Below, one piece after another: positions 45,910 through 55,251 of a stretch of DNA of 64,000 nucleotides. How positions within the stretch are numbered: the stretch's first letter is position 1; each line of letters starts with the position of its first letter. This stretch comes from a virus. Taxonomy: Duplodnaviria > Caudoviricetes. The notes under the pieces were generated by a model. It made no database searches. It worked only from the letters and a program-made list of their open reading frames with translations, and was not told the origin of the DNA. The stretch is from the IMG/VR virus record IMGVR_UViG_3300016649_000097, positions 22,585 to 86,584 of that record, one strand, 5' to 3'. The position numbers and the translations under genes are program-made.

Positions 45910-46628
45910 TGCGCTCCCCTCAAATCAGAACCAAAGATTGGAACTCTAACGAATGCTTCATGGGCGAAACTTCCCATCGCTTCGCTGTACTTATCGCTCC
46001 AGTTCTCAAGCATCACATTGGTTGTCACAATTGTGGGCAACGCTCTGTCATACCTAGAACGCAGTATCTCATCAAACGAGGTGTCATCGTATTTTGAACC
46101 GTATTCTTTTCCAAGGTCATCAATGACCAATATCCGGACGTTTAAGAAATCAAACTTCGAGCGACCATGCAGCCCTTCGAGTTCGTAAACCATCTGCTTC
46201 TTGTCCTCTGGGTCTGCATCGAATGTCGACTTCTTCTTCGATAAAAACTCAGGGTAAGTCATGTAGTAGATAGGGCGAGCATTGAGGCCATAATCGCTCG
46301 CATTCATACCCAGAATCTTCCGAGCCTCGTCGTCGTCATCTGGGAGACGTCGGACCACCTCCATAGCGGCGACAACTGCATGAGTTGTTTTGCCAATTCC
46401 GGGCCCTCCGTCAAAAAGCATACCTACGCCAGTAGTTCCAATGTTGCCAATCTGCTTTATAACGTGATTGCCTACAACATCATCAATCCACTGGTCATAC
46501 TGCGGTGGTAATTCACCGGAGCGCTCAACAATATCTTTGGGCTCAAGTCCAAGAAAACGACGTGGAATATTTGAAGTACGCAAAAGCCAATGCTTTTTCA
46601 ATGACGACAACTGATTCACGTCGTACAC
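45906..46628 (-). CDS. DnaC/IstB-like AAA+ helicase loader
   Basis: GGPGIGKT, VIDDLGKE, TIVTTN. Confidence 0.88.
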   Translation of the reverse strand: MYDVNQLSSLKKHWLLRTSNIPRRFLGLEPKDIVERSGELPPQYDQWIDDVVGNHVIKQIGNIGTTGVGMLFDGGPGIGKTTHAVVAAMEVVRRLPDDDDEARKILGMNASDYGLNARPIYYMTYPEFLSKKKSTFDADPEDKKQMVYELEGLHGRSKFDFLNVRILVIDDLGKEYGSKYDDTSFDEILRSRYDRALPTIVTTNVMLENWSDKYSEAMGSFAHEAFVRVPIFGSDLRGAQ

Positions 46629-47599
46629 TATTTGGCTCCCCTCAACTTCGTTTCGTACCGCTCTAGTTGCGCTCTGCCAGACATAGAATTCTGAAACTGT
46701 CTGCCATCACTTGCAGTAAGAGTCGGCATCTTAACAGTGGGCGTCTTCTCTGAAGCAACTCGACCAAGACCAAGGTTCTCTCTTGCTTGGTTCATCTTCT
46801 TGCCAAATGAAGCGAGATAAAGTTTATAAAGATTGGGAGCCTCGTCACCAATCTGCTTGAAGTTTCTTTCATCCGCCATAAACATACGGAGAAGTTCAAG
46901 TTCAATTAAGGCAGTAGTTCCGTATTGCTTTCTGAACTTTGATAATGCTCCTGATAAGGCTCGGACATTGACTGTTCCTGGAAGGAGGGGGTACTTGCGC
47001 CCAACCCTAAAAGAAAACTCTGCAGCGACATCCATTGGGGTCCACTCATGCTCTGGTCTCTTGCCACGAGTCTTGGGGTCGCGTTTGGAAATCTTTTTGG
47101 CTGGCTCATCTTTCGGCTCAATGAGACCAAAGCCTGCCAGTTCATCTCCATCATCGTAGTTTCTCATAGGAACCTTCACTTCCTTTAACGAAACACCTCC
47201 GGTGTTTCTAATATCTTTTAATTGATAACTATCTTGGCTATTAGGTACTAATGGCTTATTGGTAGATTGGCTATGTGAACCATTAGTCACATAGTCATGT
47301 GAGGCGCGGTAATTTGCGTCCCCTATAGCGCGGTAATTTGAGTCCCTTATCTCAATCATAAGATAGCCGTTGAAGCCATTGGCACGGCGGGTTTGAGAGG
47401 TGGATATAAGACCCTGACTCTCCAAAGCCTTTAGCGCTCTTCTGACGGTCTTATCGGATTTTTTGTCAGTCTCTCTACCCAGCACCTCTATAGATGCCTT
47501 AAAACGGCCTCTGGAGCCCGCAAAACGGCATAGAACGACCAGCAGTCGGAACTGGTAATCGGTTAATGGTGCTGTAAAGGCCTCCTGTGGGATTTTCAC
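46628..47599 (-). CDS. Replication initiator-like winged-HTH protein
   Basis: N-terminal wHTH (SIEVLGRET..KTVRRALKALESQGLI); upstream of the DnaC-like gene, as in lambdoid O/P order. Confidence 0.7.
   Translation of the reverse strand: MKIPQEAFTAPLTDYQFRLLVVLCRFAGSRGRFKASIEVLGRETDKKSDKTVRRALKALESQGLISTSQTRRANGFNGYLMIEIRDSNYRAIGDANYRASHDYVTNGSHSQSTNKPLVPNSQDSYQLKDIRNTGGVSLKEVKVPMRNYDDGDELAGFGLIEPKDEPAKKISKRDPKTRGKRPEHEWTPMDVAAEFSFRVGRKYPLLPGTVNVRALSGALSKFRKQYGTTALIELELLRMFMADERNFKQIGDEAPNLYKLYLASFGKKMNQARENLGLGRVASEKTPTVKMPTLTASDGRQFQNSMSGRAQLERYETKLRGAK
47287..47346. repeat. Iteron-like repeats inside the initiator gene
   Basis: GCGCGGTAATTTG(C/A)GTCCC at 47304 and 47328; IR TCACAT/ATGTGA 47287-47302. 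Confidence 0.65.
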
Positions 47600-47608
47600 G
47601 GGCGCAGC

Positions 47609-48187
47609 CTACTTGTCGAAGGGGTTGATGTCCTTCTTGCCCATATCCTCTCGCAGGCGCTCTTCTACGGCCCTTGTAATGGTGTTTAGAACCCCGTTGG
47701 TTATGTAGATGGCGAAGGCCTCGATGAAGTTAGACATAGCCTCTTGCATCTCTTCGTAGAGCATGTCGGACTCGTCATCATCGTCAAACTCAACCTCTAC
47801 CGGCTCAAGGCCATCATCAATATTCCAAGTCTCAATTGCTAGGTCTTCGACAGCGTGGAGCACTAGATGAGCCTCGATGCTGTCCTCCCAAACCATTGCA
47901 AGAACATCGTCTGCAGTTATCTCCCGTGTTAATTCTTTCAAAGGATTTAGGCACATCGTTATATCGTGGGCCTTTAAAACTAGGTTGTCTATGCCGTCAC
48001 TGCCGTCTGTGAAGAACATGTGATACTTAACGCCAGTCTCTTCCAGTATTTTTGTCATGGAGGTTGTGAATTTTGGTAATTCCATTACTGGAAAAACAAC
48101 AATAGCGTCATTATTTAACTGTATTAAACGGCGCATTCCCTCTTTTACATCGCCATCTTTAAATGGCATAACGATTATCCTTTTCAT
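47609..48187 (-). CDS. Acidic hypothetical protein
   Basis: 192 aa. Confidence 0.7.
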   Translation of the reverse strand: MKRIIVMPFKDGDVKEGMRRLIQLNNDAIVVFPVMELPKFTTSMTKILEETGVKYHMFFTDGSDGIDNLVLKAHDITMCLNPLKELTREITADDVLAMVWEDSIEAHLVLHAVEDLAIETWNIDDGLEPVEVEFDDDDESDMLYEEMQEAMSNFIEAFAIYITNGVLNTITRAVEERLREDMGKKDINPFDK

Positions 48188-48196
48188 AGCCCCTCC

Positions 48197-48469
48197 TTAT
48201 AAACGTGGCAGTCTTTGCTGTACCACCGTTGGTCTGTTTAAGTACTTGGATAAAAATAGTGAGACAAAAGTAGCGGATGGAACTAATACTACTAAGTCGA
48301 CAGTTAATCCTTCGAATACAAATAAACCGCCAAAACTCAAAGGCAAAGCAAAGAATATATTTATGTTTGATTTACCGAACCACGCACCTAAAAGTGTTAG
48401 GTCAAGAAGTTCAAGCAGATACGTAACAGCAAATGCAACGAGCAAGGTTGTTATTAGTAGGTCGACCAT
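48197..48469 (-). CDS. Small multi-TM membrane protein
   Basis: Three hydrophobic segments; TAGGGT-N6-ATG start. Confidence 0.7.
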   Translation of the reverse strand: MVDLLITTLLVAFAVTYLLELLDLTLLGAWFGKSNINIFFALPLSFGGLFVFEGLTVDLVVLVPSATFVSLFLSKYLNRPTVVQQRLPRL

Positions 48470-48478
48470 GGGTCTACC

Positions 48479-50446
48479 CTACACACTTAGTCTGGTGTAC
48501 TCAACTCCCGCATATGAAGTAATTCTCCAGTAGCAGTTTGAAGGAAGCCACTCATCTACTGTTTGAGATAGACGAGGCAACTTGATTGCCTTATTGACAT
48601 AGCAGTGTGATGCAGACTCATGGGCCGTTCCTTCCCACACGACACCGAACTGGCTGGATAAACTGCCGTCAAAGTAGTCGGTGGCCTTGAAACTCTGCTC
48701 TAACTGGAACGCGTCTACCCATACGTTCTCTCCCGAAGCAGAGTCAAAGACTAGGTTTACTGTGTAAGTCAACTCGACCTCAACATCCGCAGCGTCTACA
48801 TATGAGGTTAGCGTGTACCTTTCCCAATCGGTAGACAAAGTAAACGTAGCGGTCTCTTCGCCAATCGTAGGTACTCCATCATCATTTGGAGTTAAGGTAA
48901 CCTCAACATCAACTGCAGCACTTGCTTTGGCCCAAAACGAAAGTGTGTAATACTTATCAAGAGTTGGCATTGCTGCAGACTCAGTTTCAAGAGTTGCTCC
49001 AGTATCTAGGTCTATGCTCAATGAATCTGCGCCCGCTCCAATACTGGCTTTTACTTCAGTATCGACAGCGCTTGAGGTTGCAGTGATGGTCCAAGTGTTT
49101 GTGTTTTCTTCAAATGATGGGTTCTTTATAAAGTTTGTTTTGTTTGGATTCAAAAATATGGTGACTGCACGGGCTTCTTGAAAAGATGTGTTATCTGTGT
49201 TTTCGCCCTCTTCTACGTAAACTTGGTCTACATAGTAAGTTCCAGCAGCACTGAAAGTCAACTTAAAAGAAGCGTAAACTGCATCTGCAGGAGTTGTCGT
49301 GTTTTCCCACGATGTTTTCCAAGTATTGTTGGCTGAATTAGAGGTTCCTGTAAAATCTGATGATAAGTCTATTCCATCTTTGTCATAGTATTTAACTGTT
49401 AAGGTCACAGTTCCAGCGCTTGCTGGTGACTTATATTTATAACCAAAGGTATAGTCTGTATCCGCTGTTACTGGAATTCCTTTTCTAACAGGGTCGACAT
49501 TCCCCAAAATTATGTAAGCATTAGAACCTGTGGTTACGCACTTACCTGTGTATCCCTCATCTATAACGTAGTCTGTTATAACCGGAACCTGTTCTGTAAC
49601 CGAAGTAAGTGTTACGTTAGACGTAGTCCAATTTCCAATGCTGTTTAAAAATGTTGAATCTTGAATAGTCAACATTCTGTTGGGAGAAACAGTTATATCT
49701 GGAGCATAACCAGTTAAGTCCTCTACATATGCTCCTATACCTACTTCTAAACCTCTATTTGCATAGAGATAGAATGCATCTCTTCCTAATTTCTTTTGAT
49801 ATTTTACTGGAAGGTTTTGCTCTGTCGTAAACCCTGCATTTAGAAGTTCTATTGGAAGCAGGGAGGCGGGCGTTCCCTCAGAAGAGTGATTTGGTTTTAA
49901 CAAGTCTATCTGTGTTAGTAACTGGTCTACGGTAAATGAGACGCCTCCCATAAACTTGTATAAGTCAGAACTTGGGTCAGTCACTCCAAGAGGACTTTGT
50001 ACTTCGCTTGTATAAACTTTTGGAATTATGTCCATAAACTTCTTTTGAGAGTCGTGGTCAGATGGAACAGTGTCAGTTACTTGTCCTGCTACAACCCAGT
50101 ACTCAGTATCAATGTAAAGAAAGACCCTGTAATAAATTTGACGACCAGGGTCAATACCAATTATTGGAGTCTCGGCGTCTTCACTGTCAATAAAACTAAC
50201 TCTACTTACATTACCTTCGGTAGCAAACTGTTCCCAAACAATAACGCCATCTTCTTCGTTTTCTGGATATCCTGTTTGGCTTCTTACTAATCTGATACGA
50301 GTGAAATCACCAGAAGGCGATTGCCATTCAATGAAGGTTCTGTCGTAATCTAAAACAGTGATAGACATAGGTTCAACAGAGTATGCAAGTTTTGGAGTTG
50401 CTCCGTACTTGCCACCACCGTATACGAAATTACCGTAATTACCCAC
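48479..50446 (-). CDS. Baseplate wedge/tail protein with carbohydrate-binding-like beta domains
   Basis: gpI-like segment (FMDIIP..DLYKF..RGLEVGI); two NPSFE/DSTF-type jelly-roll repeats. Confidence 0.7.
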   Translation of the reverse strand: MGNYGNFVYGGGKYGATPKLAYSVEPMSITVLDYDRTFIEWQSPSGDFTRIRLVRSQTGYPENEEDGVIVWEQFATEGNVSRVSFIDSEDAETPIIGIDPGRQIYYRVFLYIDTEYWVVAGQVTDTVPSDHDSQKKFMDIIPKVYTSEVQSPLGVTDPSSDLYKFMGGVSFTVDQLLTQIDLLKPNHSSEGTPASLLPIELLNAGFTTEQNLPVKYQKKLGRDAFYLYANRGLEVGIGAYVEDLTGYAPDITVSPNRMLTIQDSTFLNSIGNWTTSNVTLTSVTEQVPVITDYVIDEGYTGKCVTTGSNAYIILGNVDPVRKGIPVTADTDYTFGYKYKSPASAGTVTLTVKYYDKDGIDLSSDFTGTSNSANNTWKTSWENTTTPADAVYASFKLTFSAAGTYYVDQVYVEEGENTDNTSFQEARAVTIFLNPNKTNFIKNPSFEENTNTWTITATSSAVDTEVKASIGAGADSLSIDLDTGATLETESAAMPTLDKYYTLSFWAKASAAVDVEVTLTPNDDGVPTIGEETATFTLSTDWERYTLTSYVDAADVEVELTYTVNLVFDSASGENVWVDAFQLEQSFKATDYFDGSLSSQFGVVWEGTAHESASHCYVNKAIKLPRLSQTVDEWLPSNCYWRITSYAGVEYTRLSV

Positions 50447-50461
50447 GTGTGTGGCTCCTTC

Positions 50462-50998
50462 TTATGCTCCCATTAACATTAATGTAAAGTTATCTGAACC
50501 TGTTTCTGGCTGTGTAATAGTAGCCCATGATGCAGTGGTTCCATCAGTTGTTAGATACTTTCCTGCATGAGTTGATTGTGATGGAACTTGACTAATTGCA
50601 GCCCAAGATGCTGAAGAGCCATTTGTGGTTAAGAAATAGCCGTTGTTACCACTTTGTGAAGGAAGACCTGTAAAGGTAGTCCATGAGTAATCGTAATTGG
50701 TTGAAGAGTTCTTTACTAGAACCTGCCCTGTAGTACCACCGGTTGGGTTACGAGCATCGTATGCAACTTTTGCAACATACTCTAAATTTGTAATACGGTC
50801 TTTTACTGTATTCCAGGTTGTGGTTACAAAGTCAGGAGAACCAACCCAACCAGAACCAGTCTTGATGCTAGAACCAAGAGTCGCTTCAATAGAGTTAACT
50901 TCATCTTGAAGGTCATTTACGTGTGCGGCAAGAACAACGTCTGTAAAGTCTACTTTGGTGGTAAACGACTTTACCGATGCGGGATATGAGGCTGTCAC
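50462..50998 (-). CDS. Tail fiber-like protein
   Basis: YPASVKSFTTK..VNDLQDEV; repeated PSQSG.GxYLTTDGT..SW. Confidence 0.7.
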   Translation of the reverse strand: MTASYPASVKSFTTKVDFTDVVLAAHVNDLQDEVNSIEATLGSSIKTGSGWVGSPDFVTTTWNTVKDRITNLEYVAKVAYDARNPTGGTTGQVLVKNSSTNYDYSWTTFTGLPSQSGNNGYFLTTNGSSASWAAISQVPSQSTHAGKYLTTDGTTASWATITQPETGSDNFTLMLMGA

Positions 50999-51062
50999 GC
51001 TGTCTTCCTTTCAGACCTATCGGTCTATTTTCTTAGGTTTGCCTCCCATTTACCTGCTGAAC

Positions 51063-51761
51063 TCAGGCTATCTGGTTCATAGTTGCAATCACCGAGGGTA
51101 TGGCTGGCGCTGGAGGGGTAGCCGTGTTTGCTTCTATAGCCATATTTGCATTGCCAGATGACCACATTAGTTGAATGTAGTCGTCCTTTTTCAACTGAAT
51201 AAAGAAGTTCCAAGCCGCTACTTGATACGGGTTATTTGTAGGGACGTCTATTCTTGTTGCTGAATTAGCAACGTTACTTCCATTTTTTCTTAACCATATT
51301 TGTACGGTGTGACCGCTTCCACCGCCTCCTCTAGAATGTAGTTGTAAAGAAAATTGAAAGTTATAGGTGGCATCAAGGTCCACCGTAAACTTCGACCCAT
51401 CTACAACTTTTATACCTTCTTCATAATCTGTGTTATTAACAGTTATGGCGTAAGCCGTGTTTATTACGGCAGGAGTCTGGTCTTGGGTGCTGAACCAAGA
51501 CCCGTAAGCAAATACTCCCTGTGGCTCTTCTCCAAATTCACCAATCCATACGGGATATTCAGGGTCGCCTCCAACATACATGACGTAAACACCTGTGCCA
51601 ATTGCAGGCGGACGTTTGGTAGAAATTACAGGCCAAATCCAGTTAGTGATTTGTTCTCCAGTAGCAGTTACCTTGACCTTTAATCTACGAAGATGTTTAG
51701 GGTCTCGGTTATCATGTACTACTGCTCGGTATACACCAAATAGTTTACGCTCATAATCCAT
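51063..51761 (-). CDS. Baseplate spike gp5/gpV-like OB-fold protein
   Basis: GVYRAVV..DP..RLKVKV..W..P..VMYVGGDPEYPVWIG. Confidence 0.8.
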   Translation of the reverse strand: MDYERKLFGVYRAVVHDNRDPKHLRRLKVKVTATGEQITNWIWPVISTKRPPAIGTGVYVMYVGGDPEYPVWIGEFGEEPQGVFAYGSWFSTQDQTPAVINTAYAITVNNTDYEEGIKVVDGSKFTVDLDATYNFQFSLQLHSRGGGGSGHTVQIWLRKNGSNVANSATRIDVPTNNPYQVAAWNFFIQLKKDDYIQLMWSSGNANMAIEANTATPPAPAIPSVIATMNQIA

Positions 51762-51763
51762 TA

Positions 51764-53323
51764 CTAGATTTCACCAATACTTAGGTTGTCTTCTGTAAAT
51801 CGGAATATCTCGTCTGGGTCACCCTGAAGAGTTGTTAATGCTGGAGTAGAGCCGTTTCGATACAACTGAGTAACACGAGCAACCTGTACTCCAGGAATAC
51901 GCATTAAAGATACTTCAATATCCTCTGGGTTTATGGTGTCTTCAAAGAACATGTTTGCATAACCAAAATCTGTGACCATCTTTTGCTTTATGGCTGTTTC
52001 TATTTCAGTGGTGGTGTATTGATTGAGTTTTGTGTACTGAATGGTTACGTTTACATCTATGTACACAGGAGGCGATATTGTTACCGTAGTTCCAATTAAA
52101 GTTTTACCTTCATAAAAAGTTTCAAGGTCAGCCTTTAAACGGTCGAACTCAGCAGTTGGTGCACCCAATTCATCAAGACCAGGAGCGTTGTCAACATCTG
52201 TCTCTGTTCTTGTAGGGGCAATATACACAGTTACTGAAGTCCAAACTGAAGCAGTTGCGCTTGCTTTTCCGATACCTGTTACAGACAGGGCAAGAGTAGC
52301 AAAGTCATTTATTGACACCGCTCTGTTGTTTGCTCTCAAAGAAAGAGGAGCAGAAGTCCTTATTTGTTCTGTAGATTCTGGGTCCGCACCAGCGAATGCT
52401 GCATCAGCATTTGTAACAGATATATCTGCTTGTAAAGCAGTTACCTGTACTTCTGACAACCCAGGAACGTACACGAGCGTGTCAACAGTATCTGCGTCTA
52501 CGTTACCCGCGTTTCCTCCACCAACTGTGTACTTTGCACGAATCTCCGAATACAGAGTAGGAATTGAGCCAGATACTCCGTCTCCAAATTTAACTGTAAC
52601 AATATCGTTTTCATCTAATGTTGTGGTATAAACTTGGTCATTTGGACCGTAGTCTGTTAGATGCTGTACTTCCGTCCATTTAACAAATAAGGCTCCGTCT
52701 TGAACGTACACTTCAACAGAATTTTCTACTACGGGAGTTTCTCCTAATTCAAATGACATACCGGGTAACCCATCAGAGGTTCCAATTAACTCTCCGTTTA
52801 TTGTAGCGTCATCTGATACAAAGATTACTGAACGACCGTTAGATGCTGTTACTGTTGTTTCTCCAGGTGTAGACCCTATTTGTTCTGCAATCACGGCTTC
52901 AGCAAGTGTAGTAAAGTAAATAGTGTTAACGGTATCGTCAATTACAACGTCTCCAGAAACTATTGTTCCTGCAGGAAGAGTTATTTCTGTTGCAGATGTG
53001 TTTGTAAAAGTGAGTTCAACAAGAGACTGTCGATATCCAGCAGGAGTGTACCCGTAGTTACGCGCTATATTTAACACGCTTTCTCTTTGTGTGGCAGTAG
53101 TTATAAATGCTTCATTAGCGTTTCTATCAATATAATACGAAAGGATGTCTGATACATATGAAAAGGCTTCGACTAATGCAACACCAAAATCAGCAGGGTC
53201 ATTTGCCTTCCAGTCAGGAATCCTGTCTTGTATTCTTTGTATTAGTTCTTCTCTAATTGAGTAGTAATCTTTACTCGTGTAATCAACTGATACAGGTATA
53301 TTAGAGGCTGGCGTTATCGTCAT
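51764..53323 (-). CDS. Baseplate J-like protein
   Basis: DYTSKDY..DFGVALVE..TATQRES..GGGNAGNV..RAVSINDF. Confidence 0.92.
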   Translation of the reverse strand: MTITPASNIPVSVDYTSKDYYSIREELIQRIQDRIPDWKANDPADFGVALVEAFSYVSDILSYYIDRNANEAFITTATQRESVLNIARNYGYTPAGYRQSLVELTFTNTSATEITLPAGTIVSGDVVIDDTVNTIYFTTLAEAVIAEQIGSTPGETTVTASNGRSVIFVSDDATINGELIGTSDGLPGMSFELGETPVVENSVEVYVQDGALFVKWTEVQHLTDYGPNDQVYTTTLDENDIVTVKFGDGVSGSIPTLYSEIRAKYTVGGGNAGNVDADTVDTLVYVPGLSEVQVTALQADISVTNADAAFAGADPESTEQIRTSAPLSLRANNRAVSINDFATLALSVTGIGKASATASVWTSVTVYIAPTRTETDVDNAPGLDELGAPTAEFDRLKADLETFYEGKTLIGTTVTISPPVYIDVNVTIQYTKLNQYTTTEIETAIKQKMVTDFGYANMFFEDTINPEDIEVSLMRIPGVQVARVTQLYRNGSTPALTTLQGDPDEIFRFTEDNLSIGEI

Positions 53324-53736
53324 AGTTTCTCCTGAATTGGTGGTAAGTTTCCTGCGATTCTTACAAGTCCTATTGTAGTGCTTGAAACATCTTCAACTGT
53401 TGCGTCTGGTAAGGAATACACTAGTTCTACGTTTAAAACTCCTGTGTTTTCATCATAGTCAGTAAGGACTTCTGTTAAGGTTAAGGTTGGAAGGTAGATA
53501 TTGAAAGCCTGTCTGACCTGGTTTTCTACAATAACTTGTGCCTCTTCAGAAGTTTCGTGAACAGCGTCTACTACGTCAGCACCGAAGTTTGGACGCATCA
53601 CACGTTCTCCAAGGTAGGTTCCAATGACTGACCGAACTCTGTCTTGCCATATTTTTGACCGTTCAGTCGTTGTTCCTATCCTTCCGTATGGATTTACTGA
53701 AAACGGAAGAGAAACGGCTATTTCTTTATTTGCCAT
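53320..53736 (-). CDS. gp25/GPW-like baseplate protein
   Basis: GTYLGERVMRPNFG. Confidence 0.9.
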   Translation of the reverse strand: MANKEIAVSLPFSVNPYGRIGTTTERSKIWQDRVRSVIGTYLGERVMRPNFGADVVDAVHETSEEAQVIVENQVRQAFNIYLPTLTLTEVLTDYDENTGVLNVELVYSLPDATVEDVSSTTIGLVRIAGNLPPIQEKL

Positions 53737-54983
53737 TACCTACCTACCCATCGTCTTTGTTTGAATTCTAGTCCACTATCTGTTTGTTGTATTAACGTTT
53801 TTTTAGAACTAAGTAGAGTTACTGAAGGGGACTTTTGTAAACCAGATGCCAGTTCATATGCCACATTTCTTGTGGAAACATCTGCTCTTGGAGTGGTTCT
53901 AAAAGATGACTTGTTGTTATTTCCGGAGCCATCAGTCATACAAGTAAAGTCAACTAAATATCTACCATCATGTGTCATGTAGTGGTCTGCAGTTTTTACA
54001 ATCCAAAAACCATCTGTATATGAACCTGTCCCATTTATTTGGATAATTTTATATGGAGCAATTCTTGGGTCTCCTTGTGCTTGTCCTCTAGCAATTTCAT
54101 TAAATCTTGATAGTTCTGCAGCCGCTTTTGCTCTTGCCTCTGCTACTACTTTGCTTCCAACAGTAGTGCTGTATAGGTGTTCTGAAAATGACTGAGCATC
54201 TCTCTGTAACCTTAGTCCTTTTCCAGTTTTTGACGGAGACTTGGTACCAGAAAAGTATTTTCCTGTTAGTGGGTCAATTCCAACAACGTTTTTTGTTCTA
54301 TTAGAGTGCCTCATGTGTGGAGGTATAACTTGACTTTCTGAATTAAATTCCAACAAAGTCGACATGCTTATGTCGTCATATCCGTTACCATAGTTAGTGG
54401 TTAATGAAAGCACAGGAATGCTTCCCATAAATTTGTTTATCATTGTGTCAAACGGTAAGAAGTACAACTCTGTTTCATAAACGTGGAATATGTATCCAGA
54501 TTTATCTGCAAGTTCTCTTAATTTTTGCCAATAGGTTTGTCCTACCATTGACTCTTGTGTCAAAATGGGTTTAGTTGGAACCACTATTGGCTTTAACTTA
54601 AATTTATTGGCTATCTCTTGTGCTATTTCAGAGGCTCGTTTATTACTCCATATTTTTGGTTCATTTTGCTTTAAAGATAGTCCTGTTCCAATTGCTTTGA
54701 CAAGCGTTGGTTTATTTTGACCAAAAGTTTTAGAGGGATTGGTACTTAATATTTGACCAAAAAATCTACCTTTTCCAGTTCCATTTGACCAAGAAATTTT
54801 TACTAAAGAACCAGGCTTTAACGCCGCTTGATAGAAGGAAGATACGTTGAAATACTCAATCTCGACTATATCTTGATGTCCTGGTTTTTGCAACAGTCTT
54901 ACACTGCTAGGAACTTCTATAAATCCTGGAAAATCTGGATATAAAACGTTAAAAGTGTTATTAAAAACAAACTGTCTAGCCAT
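53736..54983 (-). CDS. Baseplate hub (gpD/VgrG-like)
   Basis: QTYWQKLRELA..GY; GQAQGDPRIAPYKII..G..DGFWIV..H. Confidence 0.8.
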   Translation of the reverse strand: MARQFVFNNTFNVLYPDFPGFIEVPSSVRLLQKPGHQDIVEIEYFNVSSFYQAALKPGSLVKISWSNGTGKGRFFGQILSTNPSKTFGQNKPTLVKAIGTGLSLKQNEPKIWSNKRASEIAQEIANKFKLKPIVVPTKPILTQESMVGQTYWQKLRELADKSGYIFHVYETELYFLPFDTMINKFMGSIPVLSLTTNYGNGYDDISMSTLLEFNSESQVIPPHMRHSNRTKNVVGIDPLTGKYFSGTKSPSKTGKGLRLQRDAQSFSEHLYSTTVGSKVVAEARAKAAAELSRFNEIARGQAQGDPRIAPYKIIQINGTGSYTDGFWIVKTADHYMTHDGRYLVDFTCMTDGSGNNNKSSFRTTPRADVSTRNVAYELASGLQKSPSVTLLSSKKTLIQQTDSGLEFKQRRWVGR

Positions 54984-55251
54984 TTGGAATCCTTAACTGT
55001 GTTCCGTATGGAATATTAAATGGGTCTAACAGTTCAGGATTTAAATCCATAATTTGCCACCACAAAGATGGACTGCCTAGGTATGCCTGAGCCAGAACAT
55101 CAAGGCGGTCTGTTTCTTTCCATTCGTGATATTTAAAAGTAGTTTCATAGGTAGGGTATTGACGCAGGACTGTAACTGGGTATTGACCAGTGCGTGCATC
55201 AAAGGCCCTATAAAGTCGCGCATTTGCGTATCTGCTATCTAGATAAATCAT
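54976..55251 (-). CDS. LysM/tail-X-like baseplate protein
   Basis: DRLDVLAQAYLGSPSLWWQIMDLNP..GTQLRIP. Confidence 0.85.
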   Translation of the reverse strand: MIYLDSRYANARLYRAFDARTGQYPVTVLRQYPTYETTFKYHEWKETDRLDVLAQAYLGSPSLWWQIMDLNPELLDPFNIPYGTQLRIPNG

